Origin: Octopus sinensis
Lineage: Eukaryota
Direction: 5' to 3'
Length of the DNA stretch: 64,000 nucleotides
Assembly (NCBI RefSeq): GCF_006345805.1
Contig: NC_042999.1
Span: forward strand, 91,512,001 to 91,576,000
Part shown: one piece after another, positions 11,236 to 25,425 of the stretch
How the letters are laid out: each line of letters opens with the position of its first letter
How positions within the stretch are numbered: the stretch's first letter is position 1
The notes under the pieces: generated by a model
The model's database searches: none
What the model was told of the DNA's origin: nothing
What the model saw: only the letters and a program-made list of their open reading frames with translations
Position numbers and translations under genes: made by a program

Positions 11236-12835
11236 CCTCCCCATGAGTTGTTTTTCTCTGTTTTCTCAAGAATAATTTTCATCACCCTACTTTTGTAACC
11301 TTTTCAACGAATATATATTTTGATTATGCTAGTTGTGCTGCTTCTCTACAGAAATTATGTAACTGATGACATATCATTTTATTGACATTTAATTGTTTAT
11401 TTGTTTATTTTGTTTCTTTTTGTTGCTGCCAAGATTTGAACACGTTTGTGCGTAGTGATTGACCGTAGTTGCTTTGAGTCTCATGTATTTTAGCTTTTCT
11501 ATTACAATGCTGAAGAGCTGCTACTAGACAGCATTCTTCTTTATACTGAGTGTAAGATTCTAATCCCTGTATTTGTAGAGCCACTATAACCAGTTTTAAT
11601 ACTGGCCCTGAGAATGTCTAAAAAGAATATTTATTCGACAATTTTATCAAACGATTTTGTATCTGTAATGCGATTGTTTGATTCATTTTGGAAAACGATT
11701 GTAATAAATATAATAACTGTATCTTTCATGTAGACTGCAAATTGTTTCTTCGTTATAGGCTGTAGTGGTGTTCAGACACTGTCTTTTTATGCATGTTTTT
11801 GATACACAATATTTGTGAGTTGTCATTTCAACTGGTTTTCTGAAATGTGTATGACTAAAAGTAGTAGTTACTGGATGGGACACTTTTGGGAATCCGTGGT
11901 CTGGTTCACCACCGGGCGTAGCATCGATGAACATCACAAGATTGAATTTGTATTTATCATATCAGAAATTTTCTTGTCCAATTTTTTTTTTTACTCCCGA
12001 AATTGTTCGTTTACATCACTGATGTTGATGGTTTCTAACTTTTTCTAGATTCTGCATTTAGACATTCTTGTGTCTGTAATAAAGATGATTGATTTCGTGT
12101 ATTGGTGGGTGCTTAGTAGTGATAGGTTGCATATCCTGCCAGTATAGTATAGTGGTAAGAATAATTATAACCCTACTACAATAATGGATGACAGCAAAAT
12201 TTTTCGATAACTTTTCTGAAAAACGTTGTCAGAAAATTGACAAAATGCTCCAAAAGCTGCAACATTTATATCGAGCATTGGCCGATCGAAGATTCCCCAT
12301 ATAAACACCTTACTACATAACGCGCAAATGACTATACAAAGCCAATGAACTGGGCTGGATAGCTTTACCTTAAACAGATTATCACCTAGTGAACTCTAAA
12401 ACTGACGACCACTTTTTGAAATATCTCAGAATATCTTCCTGCGAAAGATATTCAAGACTGAAACGGCCGCTTTCCAGTAATTAAGCCAGTCCCTAAGCTT
12501 CTATATGAAATACACGAATGTATAAATCTTATGAAAAGAGACATGCATAAAACATATTTCTCTGCGTGTGTGTCTGTGCGAATTGGGAATTGAGTAAGAT
12601 GATGGGGAGGATAGTCATGCAAACATTTAAATGTTCTTGCAATAAATATTCCCTATTTCATCCAGCATTATGTTTGAAGTCCAGTTTTCCTTCTTAATAT
12701 ACAAAGGCGTATTATAGCAGAGATGACATGTTGATTCGATGTGCACTCTTGCTGATTAAATTTCTCACATAAATTAACAAAACTTATATTGAGTCATACA
12801 TGTCACACTTACTCACACATGCACACACACACACA

Positions 12836-12866
<31 letters not shown>

Positions 12867-13626
12867 CACATTTATGAAAAGGAAAAAATCACAAATGTAT
12901 ACCTACAGACATTTATATTAAATACGTACGTATGTGTTTGTAAAACGATCCAGAAATGCAAGAGCCTCACGGTCCTGTGACATCATTCGTAGCCCAATAG
13001 TGTGCTTTCCCATACATTATGTATAAGGAGAATTATTCTCTCAAGATATTTGTGCAGCGTTCGACTTTCCTTGTCCGAGTGCACGCATTAATGTTAATCA
13101 TAATTGTACACCTACATGTGTGCGTGTACCTATCTGTGTATGCGGTGTGTGTACATGTATACAGATATCTTTATAAATGTGTGTGTGGGGGGGAGTGTAC
13201 GTATGTATACAGAAGTAAGACAATTCAGAAATCCGCAAAGCTTTTAAATTATATACAAAATTTGTGTTTCTTACTTTGTTACAATATTGTAAAAATGCGT
13301 GACTGTGTGGGAATACAGGTATTCATGATGCAGCTGGGATGACAAATGCAAGATGTAAGAGGTTTATGTTGTATGCTGTATATAAAGGAGAACAAATAGG
13401 GCGAAAAGGCGTTTTTCAAGTAAGCGACTGCATACAATGAGATTTACGATATAATTCTAAATGAGAGTAAAATTTTTGAATTCCCTAATTAGGAGAAAAT
13501 TAAAAGATTTTGGTTGGAAAATGCAACAAATTTGTTAAGCCTCAAGAAAATGAAATAAAATCAAGAAGGTGAAAATCCGGACGTTGTTACATGGAGGTGA
13601 GAAGGAAATGGCGGATGGCGAATGGC

Positions 13627-13679
<53 letters not shown>

Positions 13680-14248
13680 CGAGAGACAGAGACAGACAGA
13701 CAGAAAGAAACAAAAATACTCATTTTTGAGAGAAGAATGGAAAATGCACACAAGGGAAGGGAAGCAACAGAAGCGATGTATGGGTTTGCATATGAGAGTC
13801 TAGGCAGCGGTCAGACGTCAAAGGGGAAGTGGGAGACGGAAATGGATGATTCTGAGAAGCCCAGTAAAACAAAGATTGCTGAAGCATAGGAGAATGGATG
13901 TGTGAGCGCGTTATTGTGCACGCATGCGTGTGTGAATCAGTGTGTGATGAGTAGGTGTGTGGGTATGTGCTTGTTCGCGTACCGGTCTGTGTGTATATAT
14001 GTATATATGTATATATGAGTGTATAAATAAAGAGACCAAATGGACAAAGAATGGAACGTATTGTATGAGAGTACTTATCGGTGAGCGTGCGTGTTTGTGA
14101 GTATGTGCGTATGTGTGTGTGTGTGCGTGAGTGTGTGTGTGTGTGTGCATATGCGTGTGAGACAGTACATGTGAAGAGTAATGGATGTGGGTATGTGTGT
14201 CCGTCCTGTGTGAATCAAAGAGACAAGCTGACAGGTAAATAGATGTAT

Positions 14249-14287
<39 letters not shown>

Positions 14288-14953
14288 AGTTTGTGTAAAG
14301 AGTAGGTTTCTGTAATTATGTGTGTATATGTGAATATCTCTGTATATAAGTGAAGGACGTGCCTGAACAAAAGGAGATGCGTGTGTGAATGTAAGGGGAA
14401 GTTATATTTGAGTGGTGATGTTGGTGGGGAGAGTGTGTGTATGTAAGGCTGGAGTGAGGAAATACAGTGTAGGGAGTTGGGCAGGGACGTACAGGCGGGG
14501 CTGCGGTAGAGAAGGAGAGAGAGATAAGCAAATGAAATCTGTGCATCATTCTGGAGCAGAAGCTGGAAGGAAGTACAAGTCAGAAAAGGTAGGGAAGAGA
14601 CTTTGAACAAAAGGTGCGTACGTTTTGTGAAATATCATCTTCCGTTTCCTCTAGAAGAGTATACAGGGCGTTCCGTGTTGGAGACAAGGCGAAGGCCAAG
14701 ATGTTTTCGATGGGGTGTCCAGCAGAAAAGAAACGTTGAGAGATATGCACCCAGTTGCCAAGTTCGATATCTCAGATGTGTTTTGCGAACTTCGTGGACA
14801 GTGTGCGGTCGTGTTACTTACAGAGGAAAACGTTGGAGCGCACATAAGCAGACTGTCTCTCACTCTCTCACACCTCTCTCTCTCACTCTCACACACACAC
14901 GTTTTTGTGCACACATGGGTATACACACATACGCATATACGCATATACATACG

Positions 14954-15018
<65 letters not shown>

Positions 15019-15705
15019 TGTGTGTGTGCCTGCAGAGAGAATGAACAAAGGTTGAAAAAAAACCCTAAAATAAAAAGACGATATAAGAATATAAAGAAGG
15101 CAGAAGAGAGAACGAGTGACAGACAGACAGACAGAAATTCCAGAGAAGTATATAATATACTACTCTAATAAATATTCTAGTGGTTACATTTCTGACATGG
15201 CAGACGGGAAGTGAGCTTGCAATGATTTGTGGGATGTTGGTGTGAATGTAGGTGTGTTGTTTGAGTATAGTTATGTATGATTTTTTTTCATGTTTTCAGT
15301 GGAGAATTCTTTGGATATCTTTCACTAAAACGCATACAGAAAATTGCTGTGAATAACATGTTGACGGTTTAATTCCTCTGAACATAAGCAAAAATTAATA
15401 ATAATCCCATAATTTAGGAGCCATTATATAAAGACTTGCAGCTTATGTTTGACAAGCGAATAGCTCCCTGTCAGAGATCAGCTACTTAATATTTCCACAG
15501 AGATATCGCTATGTAATAAATTGTTTTTCAAACATAAACACATACCACATATCATACGGAATGATTGAGGGTAACCTTAACGCGTATTTCCAGTTTCCAA
15601 GTTTTAAGAAACAGCTAAAGATGTAAGCTTTCAACAGACAAAAACGAGGAATAAAAAGCGATATATCACTATGATCTAATTTCATTGAAAAATGCCATAA
15701 AATTA

Positions 15706-15708
15706 TAT

Positions 15709-15795
<87 letters not shown>

Positions 15796-15796
15796 A

Positions 15797-15875
<79 letters not shown>

Positions 15876-15880
15876 CCTAC

Positions 15881-15916
<36 letters not shown>

Positions 15917-15920
15917 TTAC

Positions 15921-15989
<69 letters not shown>

Positions 15990-16017
15990 AGTCTGCCTGT
16001 CTGTGTCTGTCTGCCTG

Positions 16018-16075
<58 letters not shown>
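15706..16075 (+). repeat. Long (TCTA)n then (TCTG)n tetranucleotide array
   Basis: Read directly. Confidence 0.95.
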
Positions 16076-16078
<3 letters not shown>

Positions 16079-16279
16079 ATATCTATCTATAACTATCTAT
16101 CTATCGTTTGTTTTCTCAACCTGTTTTTTCATTTACAATTTTCATTTCCTGCTTTCTGTCAAAATCGCCGTATACACACATCCGTAGACATACGAATTCG
16201 TGATATATATGCTCGTATGTATGTATGTATGTATGTATGTATGTATGTATGTATGTATGTATGTATGTATGTATGTATG

Positions 16280-16385
16280 TATGTGTGTGTGTGTGTGTCA
16301 TAATTCAGTTTATTTCAAGATTTCTTGCCAATAGGGAACGAACCGGTTTCTAACCTAGATTCAAGGCTCTTTCATTGGAATGAAA
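16280..16385 (-). mobile_element. Short retroelement 3' end embedded in (CATA)n; second copy at 38331-38421
   Basis: Two similar copies TTCAGTTTATTTCAA..CTTGCCAATAG.GAA.GAA.CGGTTTCTAACCTAG.TTCAAGGCTC, each flanked by TATG repeats. Confidence 0.55.
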
Positions 16386-16461
16386 GTATAGCTTGGTATT
16401 TTGGTTTCTATGCATGTATGTATGTATGTATGTAAATATAAAAAAAGTGTCAGTTAGAGAT

Positions 16462-17110
16462 TTCATTACCCGTGTGCGCTCAGGTCAGCGGATCCGTTTC
16501 AAGAAGAACAAGAAACTTCCTGTGAGAGCTGAAAGATGGAACGGCTATTGGGAGGTGACTGCAGATTTACCAGGGTACCAGGGACTCTTTCTCATCCCAG
16601 TTACGAAAAAACTGGACATTTTAATGTAGTGTGAAGGAAAGAAAGTTGTAAATCTAATCGAGTTAACGGTTCACCATGAAGATAATATGGACGCCGCCCG
16701 GGTTAGAAAGATTGGCTGTTATGTTTACATAACGAGGAATGTGAAGACGCAGGCTGGAAAAAGTAGCATTTTCCAATCGAAGTCGGATGTAGAGGGTTTG
16801 TTGGACACAGTGTGAGACGACTGTTGTTATAGTTAGGCCTAACTCATCGTAAGGTAAATACTACCATGACCGATATCCAAACTGCAGTGGAGCAGGCTAG
16901 CCACTGGATTTGGTTAAAAAGAGACGATGAGCGATGGACAAAGAAATGTTGAGCTGTATTTAATAACCAGTTGATCTAGCAGGTGGAGCCCCATATCAGT
17001 GGGGGGGGGGGCGTGCGCATTGATGCCGTCGTGAGGTAGGTACCGAAACGGCGCGCATGTTCTCCTGATGATCCCATACACTTGCTGGCTTCCGGTATGC
17101 GGAGTTCTCG
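16462..17110 (+). mobile_element. HERO-like RLE non-LTR retrotransposon, 5'-truncated (endonuclease domain + 3' UTR)
   Basis: Translation ..WEVTADLPG..LDILM*CEGKKVVNLIELTVHHEDNMDAARVRK..EECEDAGW..FPIEVGCRGFVG..AVEQASHWIWLKR..W matches HERO-type RLE C-termini; stops and frameshifts present. Confidence 0.8.
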
Positions 17111-17814
17111 ACTGGCAGCACTTGCATATGCACGTTGTTTGCAAGACATCTGCACAGTGAATATATTAGACACTCAGTGAAAGTTTTTAGATGTCAAAAT
17201 AAGAGTGGAAATGTTGTTTCGAGCATGGCTCTTCATCGGAAAGAGAAAAATGTTCAGAGAGGAGGGAAAAGAGGAAGGAACATATATTCCGAGAAAAGTA
17301 CATGTGTCGTTACATGGCGGAAAAATAACTGACCGGAATTTAGAGAGATATAGAGAGTGTGGTTTTTTAAGGCAAGAAAGTGCAAAAATGACCATTGTGT
17401 GGGGAGAGGGGGAGAGAAAGACAGAGAGAGTGTGTGTATGTGGGGGGATATTGTGTGTGTGTGCACACGCACCTGTGTGGATTGTGAGCAGCGTGTTTTG
17501 TACTGTGTGGGATGGTAGTATATGTGTGCTTGTGTGTGTTTTTGTGACTAATGTGTGTGCAAGGGAGTGAATCGAACAGATTAGTAGTATTATCATCATA
17601 TAGCGGTGGACAAAAGTAGGAATGTGAGGCAAGGTGAAATGTGTGTGAGTACGTAGGTATCGCTGCGTGTCTACGGATGTGTTTGTGTGTGTTCGCATGA
17701 ATGTTGTGGGTGCTTGTGTACGGCCGTGTGTATATGTGTGTATATATGTGTACGGTTGTGCGCGTTGCTGTGCGTGAGGAGTTTATGTATGAAGAGTTTA
17801 TGTATGTCTCTTCT

Positions 17815-18420
17815 ATTTTTTAATTGTTATAAATCTTCCACTGAGGAAGGAGCCGCCTTCCAACAAAGATACAGCGCTCGATCTTTGGGATGTAGTTAAC
17901 AAGGACAAATTCACATTTGGAACTTGACAAAAGTCTTGCATATTTTTTCTTTTCCACTTGCACATTGTACTTGTAATGTACGAATCAGAAAATCCCAGTT
18001 TATCCAGATTCTCCTTTCAGCATTTACGAACAAAATATAGCGCTTCAATTATTATTGGTATGAATATGAATTCATAGTCTGGATATAGAAGCTGGAGGTT
18101 TCAAAGTAGTTGTCCATGGATATCTTCTTTTTCTTTGATTTTCAAAGAGATATTTATATCTGCAGGGCAGTTAACCTGAATGATGGTACATACCTTTGTC
18201 CCTTTGTCCCAAACTACAATATCCGGCCTGTTATGCTTACATTTGACAGCAGTTTTGATGGGAATATTTCACCAGTATTCCTTGAGTTGGTGTTTATGAA
18301 TATATTTCATAACAGAGGGATTTTCTAAGTTTATTTCAGGACAGCCTTTTAGCTCATGAGCAGGAACAGTGGAGGAGCATCACAACCAAGTGCTTAAGGG
18401 GATTTGAATAAATGTAATAA
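17815..18420 (-). mobile_element. RLE-type non-LTR retrotransposon 3' fragment (family distinct from the HERO and Dong-like elements)
   Basis: Minus translation KHNRPDIVVWDKGTKVCTIIQVNCPADINISLKIKEKE..LYPDYEFIFIPIII.A (PD..D/E RLE signature). Confidence 0.8.
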
Positions 18421-21399
18421 AAACAAAAGCTGAAAGAAATATTATCCATTTTTCACACTTTCTAGGGGTAAGCATATAGGAAATAATAGTTGCTACCCAA
18501 GGACAAAAATCGTACTACCACAATGTACTATATTTACTAACTAGGTCTACTTCGACATACCCAACCATCTCTTTATATAGCAATTGCTTACTTAAAATAT
18601 GGGTGTGGGAGGCTCTGTGTAGAGCCGTCTGTTTTCAGTTGCCCGGTGTGTTTGAGTACACCGCGTAATTAATAACAATTCTATCATGAAGTGATAAGTA
18701 TAAATCTTAAGCGTTCTATAAAGAACACCTACCTATCCATGAGTCTGGTGGAATAGTCAAATTTGTGTAGGGATGAGCCGATCCAAATTTACTTCTCACA
18801 CCCTTAAAGTTTTCAACAACATAAGCAGTGGTAACATAACTTTGATAAGAATAGGATAGTGTTGAATCTCTCTCCCACTCGCTCTCTTTGTCTCTCTCTC
18901 TCTCTCTCTCCGTACCATTTTAATTGATCAAATATGGGATCGATTAAATATGCATAATTGATGCACATGAGATAACATCTGTTTTACTTTATTATGGAAC
19001 TGAGATTATAGGTCTAAAGGAATAAATGTTTGAACAACAGAGAAACATCGGATAATCTTCTGTACATTACGCTCTACTGAGCCAGAAGAGACTGTTTGTA
19101 GCTACAGTCGTAATGTTTTGCTTTTGTCGATATACCGACCACCTCCCGCTTGGCATATTTTCTACTATTCTACTAGGTTTGCTCATGAAAGCAATAACAT
19201 TTTAGCAGGGTATTCACAAACACCCACATGCACATACATACACACTCATATACATGTACACAGATATGCGATGATAAAAACAGTCGGTACTTCGCAGTAT
19301 AGAGAAATAAACAGTAATAAAACGAAATTATTGCAGATGGTAAATTTATGTAAAATGAAATATTTTTAACGGCTCTGTTTTATACAAGAAACTGTTGCAT
19401 CAGAGAATTACACCAATATTTAACTGCAACATTAAAATATCTTCGGATAATTAATGATAATTTCAAATATTAGACATGTTAATTTTAGATTCACAATTTC
19501 TATAACATCTTTTGAAAAATTTTGAAATGTAAAATGAATGTTTAGACACTGATTTATGATATTTTAATAACCTGGAACGAAGGCAAAATACGTTAACTCT
19601 GTTCAAACTAACAAGTTTATTTTTACGAATGTTACGAATGTCTGAATATAAAACATAATTCAATGTTTAATTTTTAATTTTAATTCCTTATGTATTTCAA
19701 ACTTAACTACTTGGTCACCATTCCCAATTGATTAGAGAATAGCATTTATTAATATATTTATTGTGTAAATGAAAACATTTGTCTCTACGTCAGCATCACA
19801 AATCAGCCATGATTCGATATAGTGATAATTTTTGGTTCTTCAGCACACAGTAGGAGAGTTGAGTAATTTATTCATCACCGTCGATACTCTGGACAAAATG
19901 TAATTAAAGTAGAAATTGGCTGGTATTCAGTAGTTACCACATGCAGCACCGATTTAAACTATGAAAGCTTAGTGTTTGGACAAAGAAATGAATAATAAAG
20001 TGCTGTAGGGCATTGCTCGTGAGTTCATAAAGGACGAACTGTGGATGAAGGCTTTTACTGCAGACTAGTTAGTGAATTATTCGGCAGAAAAGGCACTTCC
20101 AGTAAAACGAATACTAAGACCTGGGCTTAAAGAGTGAATCGCCCTTTCTCTTGAGTCTATATGTTTGACACACAAAATGAACAATAGTTCAACAAATCAC
20201 TCACTGTCAGTTGTTATTTTAAATATAGCTTAACAAAAGCTATAGCAGAATGGCCAGAAACACAGTGAAAGGCCAGTGGCAGGATTGAACCTATAAACAA
20301 TAGGTAAATAGTCCAATTCTTTATCTATCAGAAAATTACCCTTTGCAATAACCATGTTATTAAATGTATTTACTGGCAGGAGCGTCTGCCGCAACGTTCT
20401 GAGTTCAAATTCCGCCATGGTCGACTTTGCCTTTCATCCTTTAGGCATATGAATAATGAAGGACACATTGGGCAAACAAATTGCAATTACACAGTAACTT
20501 GGATGATCAATTAGAGTGACCGGGTGTTAAAAAATAAAACAAAAAATATTCAAATAAGTATCAACAGTTTGGGGCATTCCACCTATGACGTAAACATGAC
20601 GGCACATGCAATGAAATCTGTTCTACACAAGATTCAATTTCTACTGCATACTTGATGATATGGAAATATATGAGGAATTTATCAGAAATACGTGGGAACT
20701 GTTTGAAGAGGCCGTAGTTGGACACAGAACGGATTAAATATCACAATACCCTATCAATTGATGATCATTAAGAATGTGATTATCCCACGGGCACTTATAA
20801 ATAATGTTCAGATTAGAGAACAGTGTTGATTTTAGATAAATTGGAATTTTCTCTGTTGTCCTCAACTATTAGCATTTGATCGATAGCTAAAACCCGAAAA
20901 TCAATTATTTAACCCTCTTGTTAAACGACAAACAGACAAACGATTCGCTAACAGAAATGAATATTTCTTCAGTGTCAATGATAATTTTTTAAATATATTT
21001 TTGCTATTAATTTTTCAATTGTCTATTGGTTCATTCCATTTTTTTTATTTTGGCTTCAGAAAACTTTTTTGCGAAGCTCTCAATCTTATTGAGTTAACCA
21101 GGATGTGTTTCTTCGTTTGTTTGTTTTTTGTTCTTTTTATCGAATCAAACACTATTGTAACATTTGAAAACTGAAGCAAGAAATACTGACGAATGTCCAC
21201 AACTTGTGTAAATATCGAATTATTTGCTGTCAATATCAGAATGTCATCGTGAAAAAAAGCGGTAGGATTACCGTTATACGGATATAAGGTCAGTTGAATA
21301 CATCTGATTTCAATTCTCACTTGGTCACATTTCATTTCTATTTTTCTCTCACTCTATTTCTCTTTCTGTTTCTCCCACTTCCCGTATATGTATGTATGA

Positions 21400-21465
<66 letters not shown>

Positions 21466-21619
21466 AGAAGAAACATACACACACAAACACACACACACAC
21501 ACACACATATATACTTACTAGCGGTAGGATTACGGATATACGGCCAGTCAAATACATCTGATTTCAATTCTTTTTGGGAATTTATATATATATATATGTA
21601 TATATACGCTATGTACTTA

Positions 21620-21913
21620 ATTTATCGACCCCGAAAGGATGAACGGTAAAGTCGACCTCGGTTGAATTTGAACACAGAAAGCCAGACGAAATACCTATTT
21701 CTTTACTACCCACAGAGGAGACAAACAAGGATAGACAGACGGATTAAGTCGATTATATCGACCCCAGTGCGTAACTGGTACTTAATTTATCGACCCCGGA
21801 AGGATGAAAGGCAAAGTCGACCGCGGCCGAATTTGAACTCAGGACGTAAAGACTGACGAAATAACGCTAAGCATTTCGCCCGGTGTGCTAACGTTTCTGC
21901 CAGCCCGCCGCCT
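21620..21913 (-). mobile_element. tRNA-derived SINE family A (full copy plus adjacent partial copy)
   Basis: B-box-like GAGTTCAAATTC; family body repeated across the window. Confidence 0.85.
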
Positions 21914-22184
21914 TGCCAAGATATGGAAATTGTTAAAGTATAGTACAACGGTTTAGCATTTTTCAAACGTGTAGTAAGACTCAAATACGACAGTTTTTCC
22001 AAAAGTATTTCTGACTGAAAATATCATACATGCATAGAGTTACGACTGTATGACCCAACAAAGTATTATTGTTAAGCTGAAACTGTTGCTAATGTAAAAA
22101 GAAATGGAATGGTGAAACTATTTTTTCATTTTCTGAAAAAGTAACATTTTGGGCTTGACTTACGACACTCTTGCATAAAAGCAA

Positions 22185-22251
<67 letters not shown>

Positions 22252-22254
22252 ACA

Positions 22255-22747
22255 GTTCTCTACTTCTAACGAATGAAGACATCACGAAAATTCATGAACT
22301 GATCCTGGAGGACCGTCTCCGAGCAATTTATGAATTTGTTCATATTTGTTTTTTGACTGGTTCGTCCTCGAGCTCCTGCGAACGAATTTTGAGTGAGGAA
22401 TTGCGAATGAAAAGAGTTGCAGGAAAATTTGTGCCTTGCTTGCTCACGGAAGATCAAAAGCAGTCATGACTGAATAGGTGTCGTTAACTGAAAGAACGCA
22501 GGTCATCACTGGTGACAAAAGCTAGTGATACGGAATTTTCAGATGTGGAAGAGGTGAAGAAAAAAAAACACGCAGGTGTTAAAAGACATCACGCCGCAAG
22601 AGTTCCAGTACTGCTTTGAATGGTAGAAAATGTGCCTGGACCGAAGCATTGCTTCAAATCGGGAATACTTTGAAGGCGATCAAAATGTAAACATGTAAAA
22701 CTAAGTGAATATTATTGTAAAATTCTGGTTTCTTTTGGTTCCCCTCG
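22255..22747 (+). mobile_element. Mariner transposon relic, internally deleted, with 3' TIR
   Basis: NEDITKIHELILEDR..CERILSEELRMKRVAGKFVPCLLTEDQK; ends ..CCCCTCG|TA. Confidence 0.8.
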
Positions 22748-25285
22748 TATATTATAATCCATAAATCCATAATCTTATATAGTTTTCCTTCCATGCATGC
22801 AGATGATCCCTGATAACAAATAATCTTATATTTTACTTCATTCTGCAACCTGATTAAAAACAATTCTGATAACAACCATTGTATGCCTTACATGTTTGAT
22901 AATAGCCATTACATTTCCTGCATTAACCACTCCTTTCGCCTTTTCCCTTTACAAGACAACAATTTTCATGTGGCTTTGGAGAATAATTGTCATAGATAGA
23001 CACGTTATGTAGATTGAGTAGTTATGTTCAATCAGTGATTTAGTTTTATCTCATGTGCTATAATTGAAGAACCTTGAATATGATATATGTCTTCTTATAT
23101 ATAAATAAGTTTGACCCCATTACTGCGGTCTACAGGTTGGTGGTGACAAGATCGATATGCAAAATGGGGCGTAAGCAAAACGGTTGAGGTGGGGAGACCA
23201 AACTAGAAATGGAAGATATGATAGATACTGTGCAAAACACATGAACCAACCATGGGACGGATAAACGAAAAGATGATATCCTGACTGAAAAATAAATACA
23301 GCGTAAAGGGAAGGAGCAACATGCGGTAAAAGAAGTAGGGTTATAAGAAAGTTCAGCAAAGGAAGTTATCCTGGAGAATGTTGTAGAAAATTGAGCCAAG
23401 CAGGTTACACTTATTTTCACGGCGGTATACGGTGAGCTTTTAACCACAACAGATGGAGGAATTGTGTTGATATTATGGTTACCAGTATGGAGTCTATGAA
23501 TTGTTGAGATAGATTATGATTACATGTAAATCATTGCTTGCAGTGTATGCCTGGCGGCGTAAAAGGAGATCGAAACAGACGTAATGGAGAAATGTAAACA
23601 AATGAAAACCAAGACTTAGACCTCTGAACCGGCTGACTCGAAGTTGTAAGGGGATTTGAAGAAGCGTTCGTGAATCCTAGCCACATTAAAATAAAGGAAC
23701 AACTTCTTCGTAGTAATGTATGGTGTAACTTGATAAAATATCTTGATGTTGAGGTGACAGTGCCACGAGAAGGCAGTATAGAGGGGATATATAAAATAAT
23801 GCATTTTGAAATATGAAGTAGGAAATCGAGAGGTGCATGAAAACAGCAGTGAGAGGTACTTTTATTTCATTCGAGATGTTGTGGCTTTATAGCCACCATA
23901 TCTTGCTTGGATGGAATGAAACTTAAGAAAGATACCAGAACATTGTTTTCCGAACTGCAGGAGGAGCAGTAAATGCTTGAGAATGGTTATAATGGCATGT
24001 GGAAAATTAACAAAACGGAAAACAAATTGCAAACCCTTGGAAAAAATTCAACAAAATAACAATTACATCATTAGAGAGTTTATAGCAGCAACTAATTGAT
24101 GTGGCTCCCTGAATAACAGAGGAAGATAATATATTTTACAGTGGAGAACAAATAAACTATACATTCCGCAGTAGCTTTTGTGCTACTCGGTCTTACTAGA
24201 GAAAATGATTCAGTCGGAATATATGAAATTGTAGTGTTCTCTAGTCGATAGCTGATGAAGGGAATGTCCCGCAAAACAAGCTGCGTGAAAAATACAATAT
24301 AGTTACAATAATAGGTCACTTGTTTACAAGAGAGGAAGGAAAGGGTGTAATTGAATTGTCTTTCACAAGATGATTAGATGCGTTACGATATATCCCCAGT
24401 CAGATATAAAATCTGTAACAATTGTCAGCCATTTTCCTTTACTATTTAGCAACAGCACGATAGTGAACTGTATGCATCGAAATATAAATGCATTCGAACT
24501 AAACTGTGTTCATGTTGATAATGGATAAATTCTGGATAGTGTATAATCCATTGACAATGGATAATGGAACATATAAAGATTGATGTTTTCTGATATAAGC
24601 AAGATAATATGGTTTGACGAGAGACAGGAAATCTTTTATTCATTAATTTCTCATGATTCACCTAACTGTTAGCTCAGAAAAATATAATGTGAGGTCAGGA
24701 GAGTAATACTGAAAGAAGAAATAAATATATAATTTTACGCTATTCTTTGGGCTGTTAGAGCACCAAAGATGACTTCTTTATCTTATGAATCACGGGAAAA
24801 TACGATGGCATAATTTCATCCTATGTGTTGAATCGTACCTTTTCCCAGGAAATTACTCATTGGTTGATACGTGGTTACAATCTCACTTAAAAACGTTTAA
24901 GACGACTGAATTCCTGCTATATATAAACAAGTTCTGCGCTTGGAGCTTGTGTTGATTTTTACGTCAATATTCATTTCGTTCTCTGTATAGAAACCTTAAG
25001 CTGTCACAGGTTTTATGCATAAGGGAGATTTTAAGTAAATTGTAACACTCCATGACATTTTACCCTCTGAAATACTTGGTTTTAGTAAAATATATTTGCT
25101 ATGAACACCGTTAATAAAAGCTACCTCACATACTGTACTTCCTTTTATCTGAATATTCTGAATCTGGATATGCTGAATTCGTTCAATGAAATATCTAGTC
25201 AACACGGAGTCAGCGGTATACGAAAAATTGAATCTTACGGTTTCCACATCCGAACAAGAATTTTCCGTCTTAGCTTTGGAAGTTC

Positions 25286-25425
25286 GTCACTGAGGAGACG
25301 AAATCAAGTCGAAACATTGTTTTGACAGAAACATTGTGTCTGTCGATCTCCCGATGCTCTGAGCAAAGTTCTGTACTTTTTAGCACAAGATCATCTTGAT
25401 GAGTTTCTCGGAGACCAAATATTAC
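25286..25425 (+). ncRNA. Two tandem minimal hammerhead-like motifs
   Basis: GTCA-CTGAGGA-GAC(gaaatcaa)GTC-GAAAC-ATT-GTT-T-TGAC (25286-25326; one extra T at the cleavage site). Second, more decayed motif: TTGATGA-GTTTC(tcg)GAGAC-CAAA (25396-25419). Confidence 0.5.

Noticed and set aside
12400-12480. CTGACGA ... GAAACGGCCG as a hammerhead
   Set aside because: Stem II does not close next to the core and there is no valid NUH site or stem I.
14580-15055. GC-richer stretch with overlapping ORFs, possible exon
   Set aside because: No recognisable protein similarity; ORFs run into CA/TG repeats.
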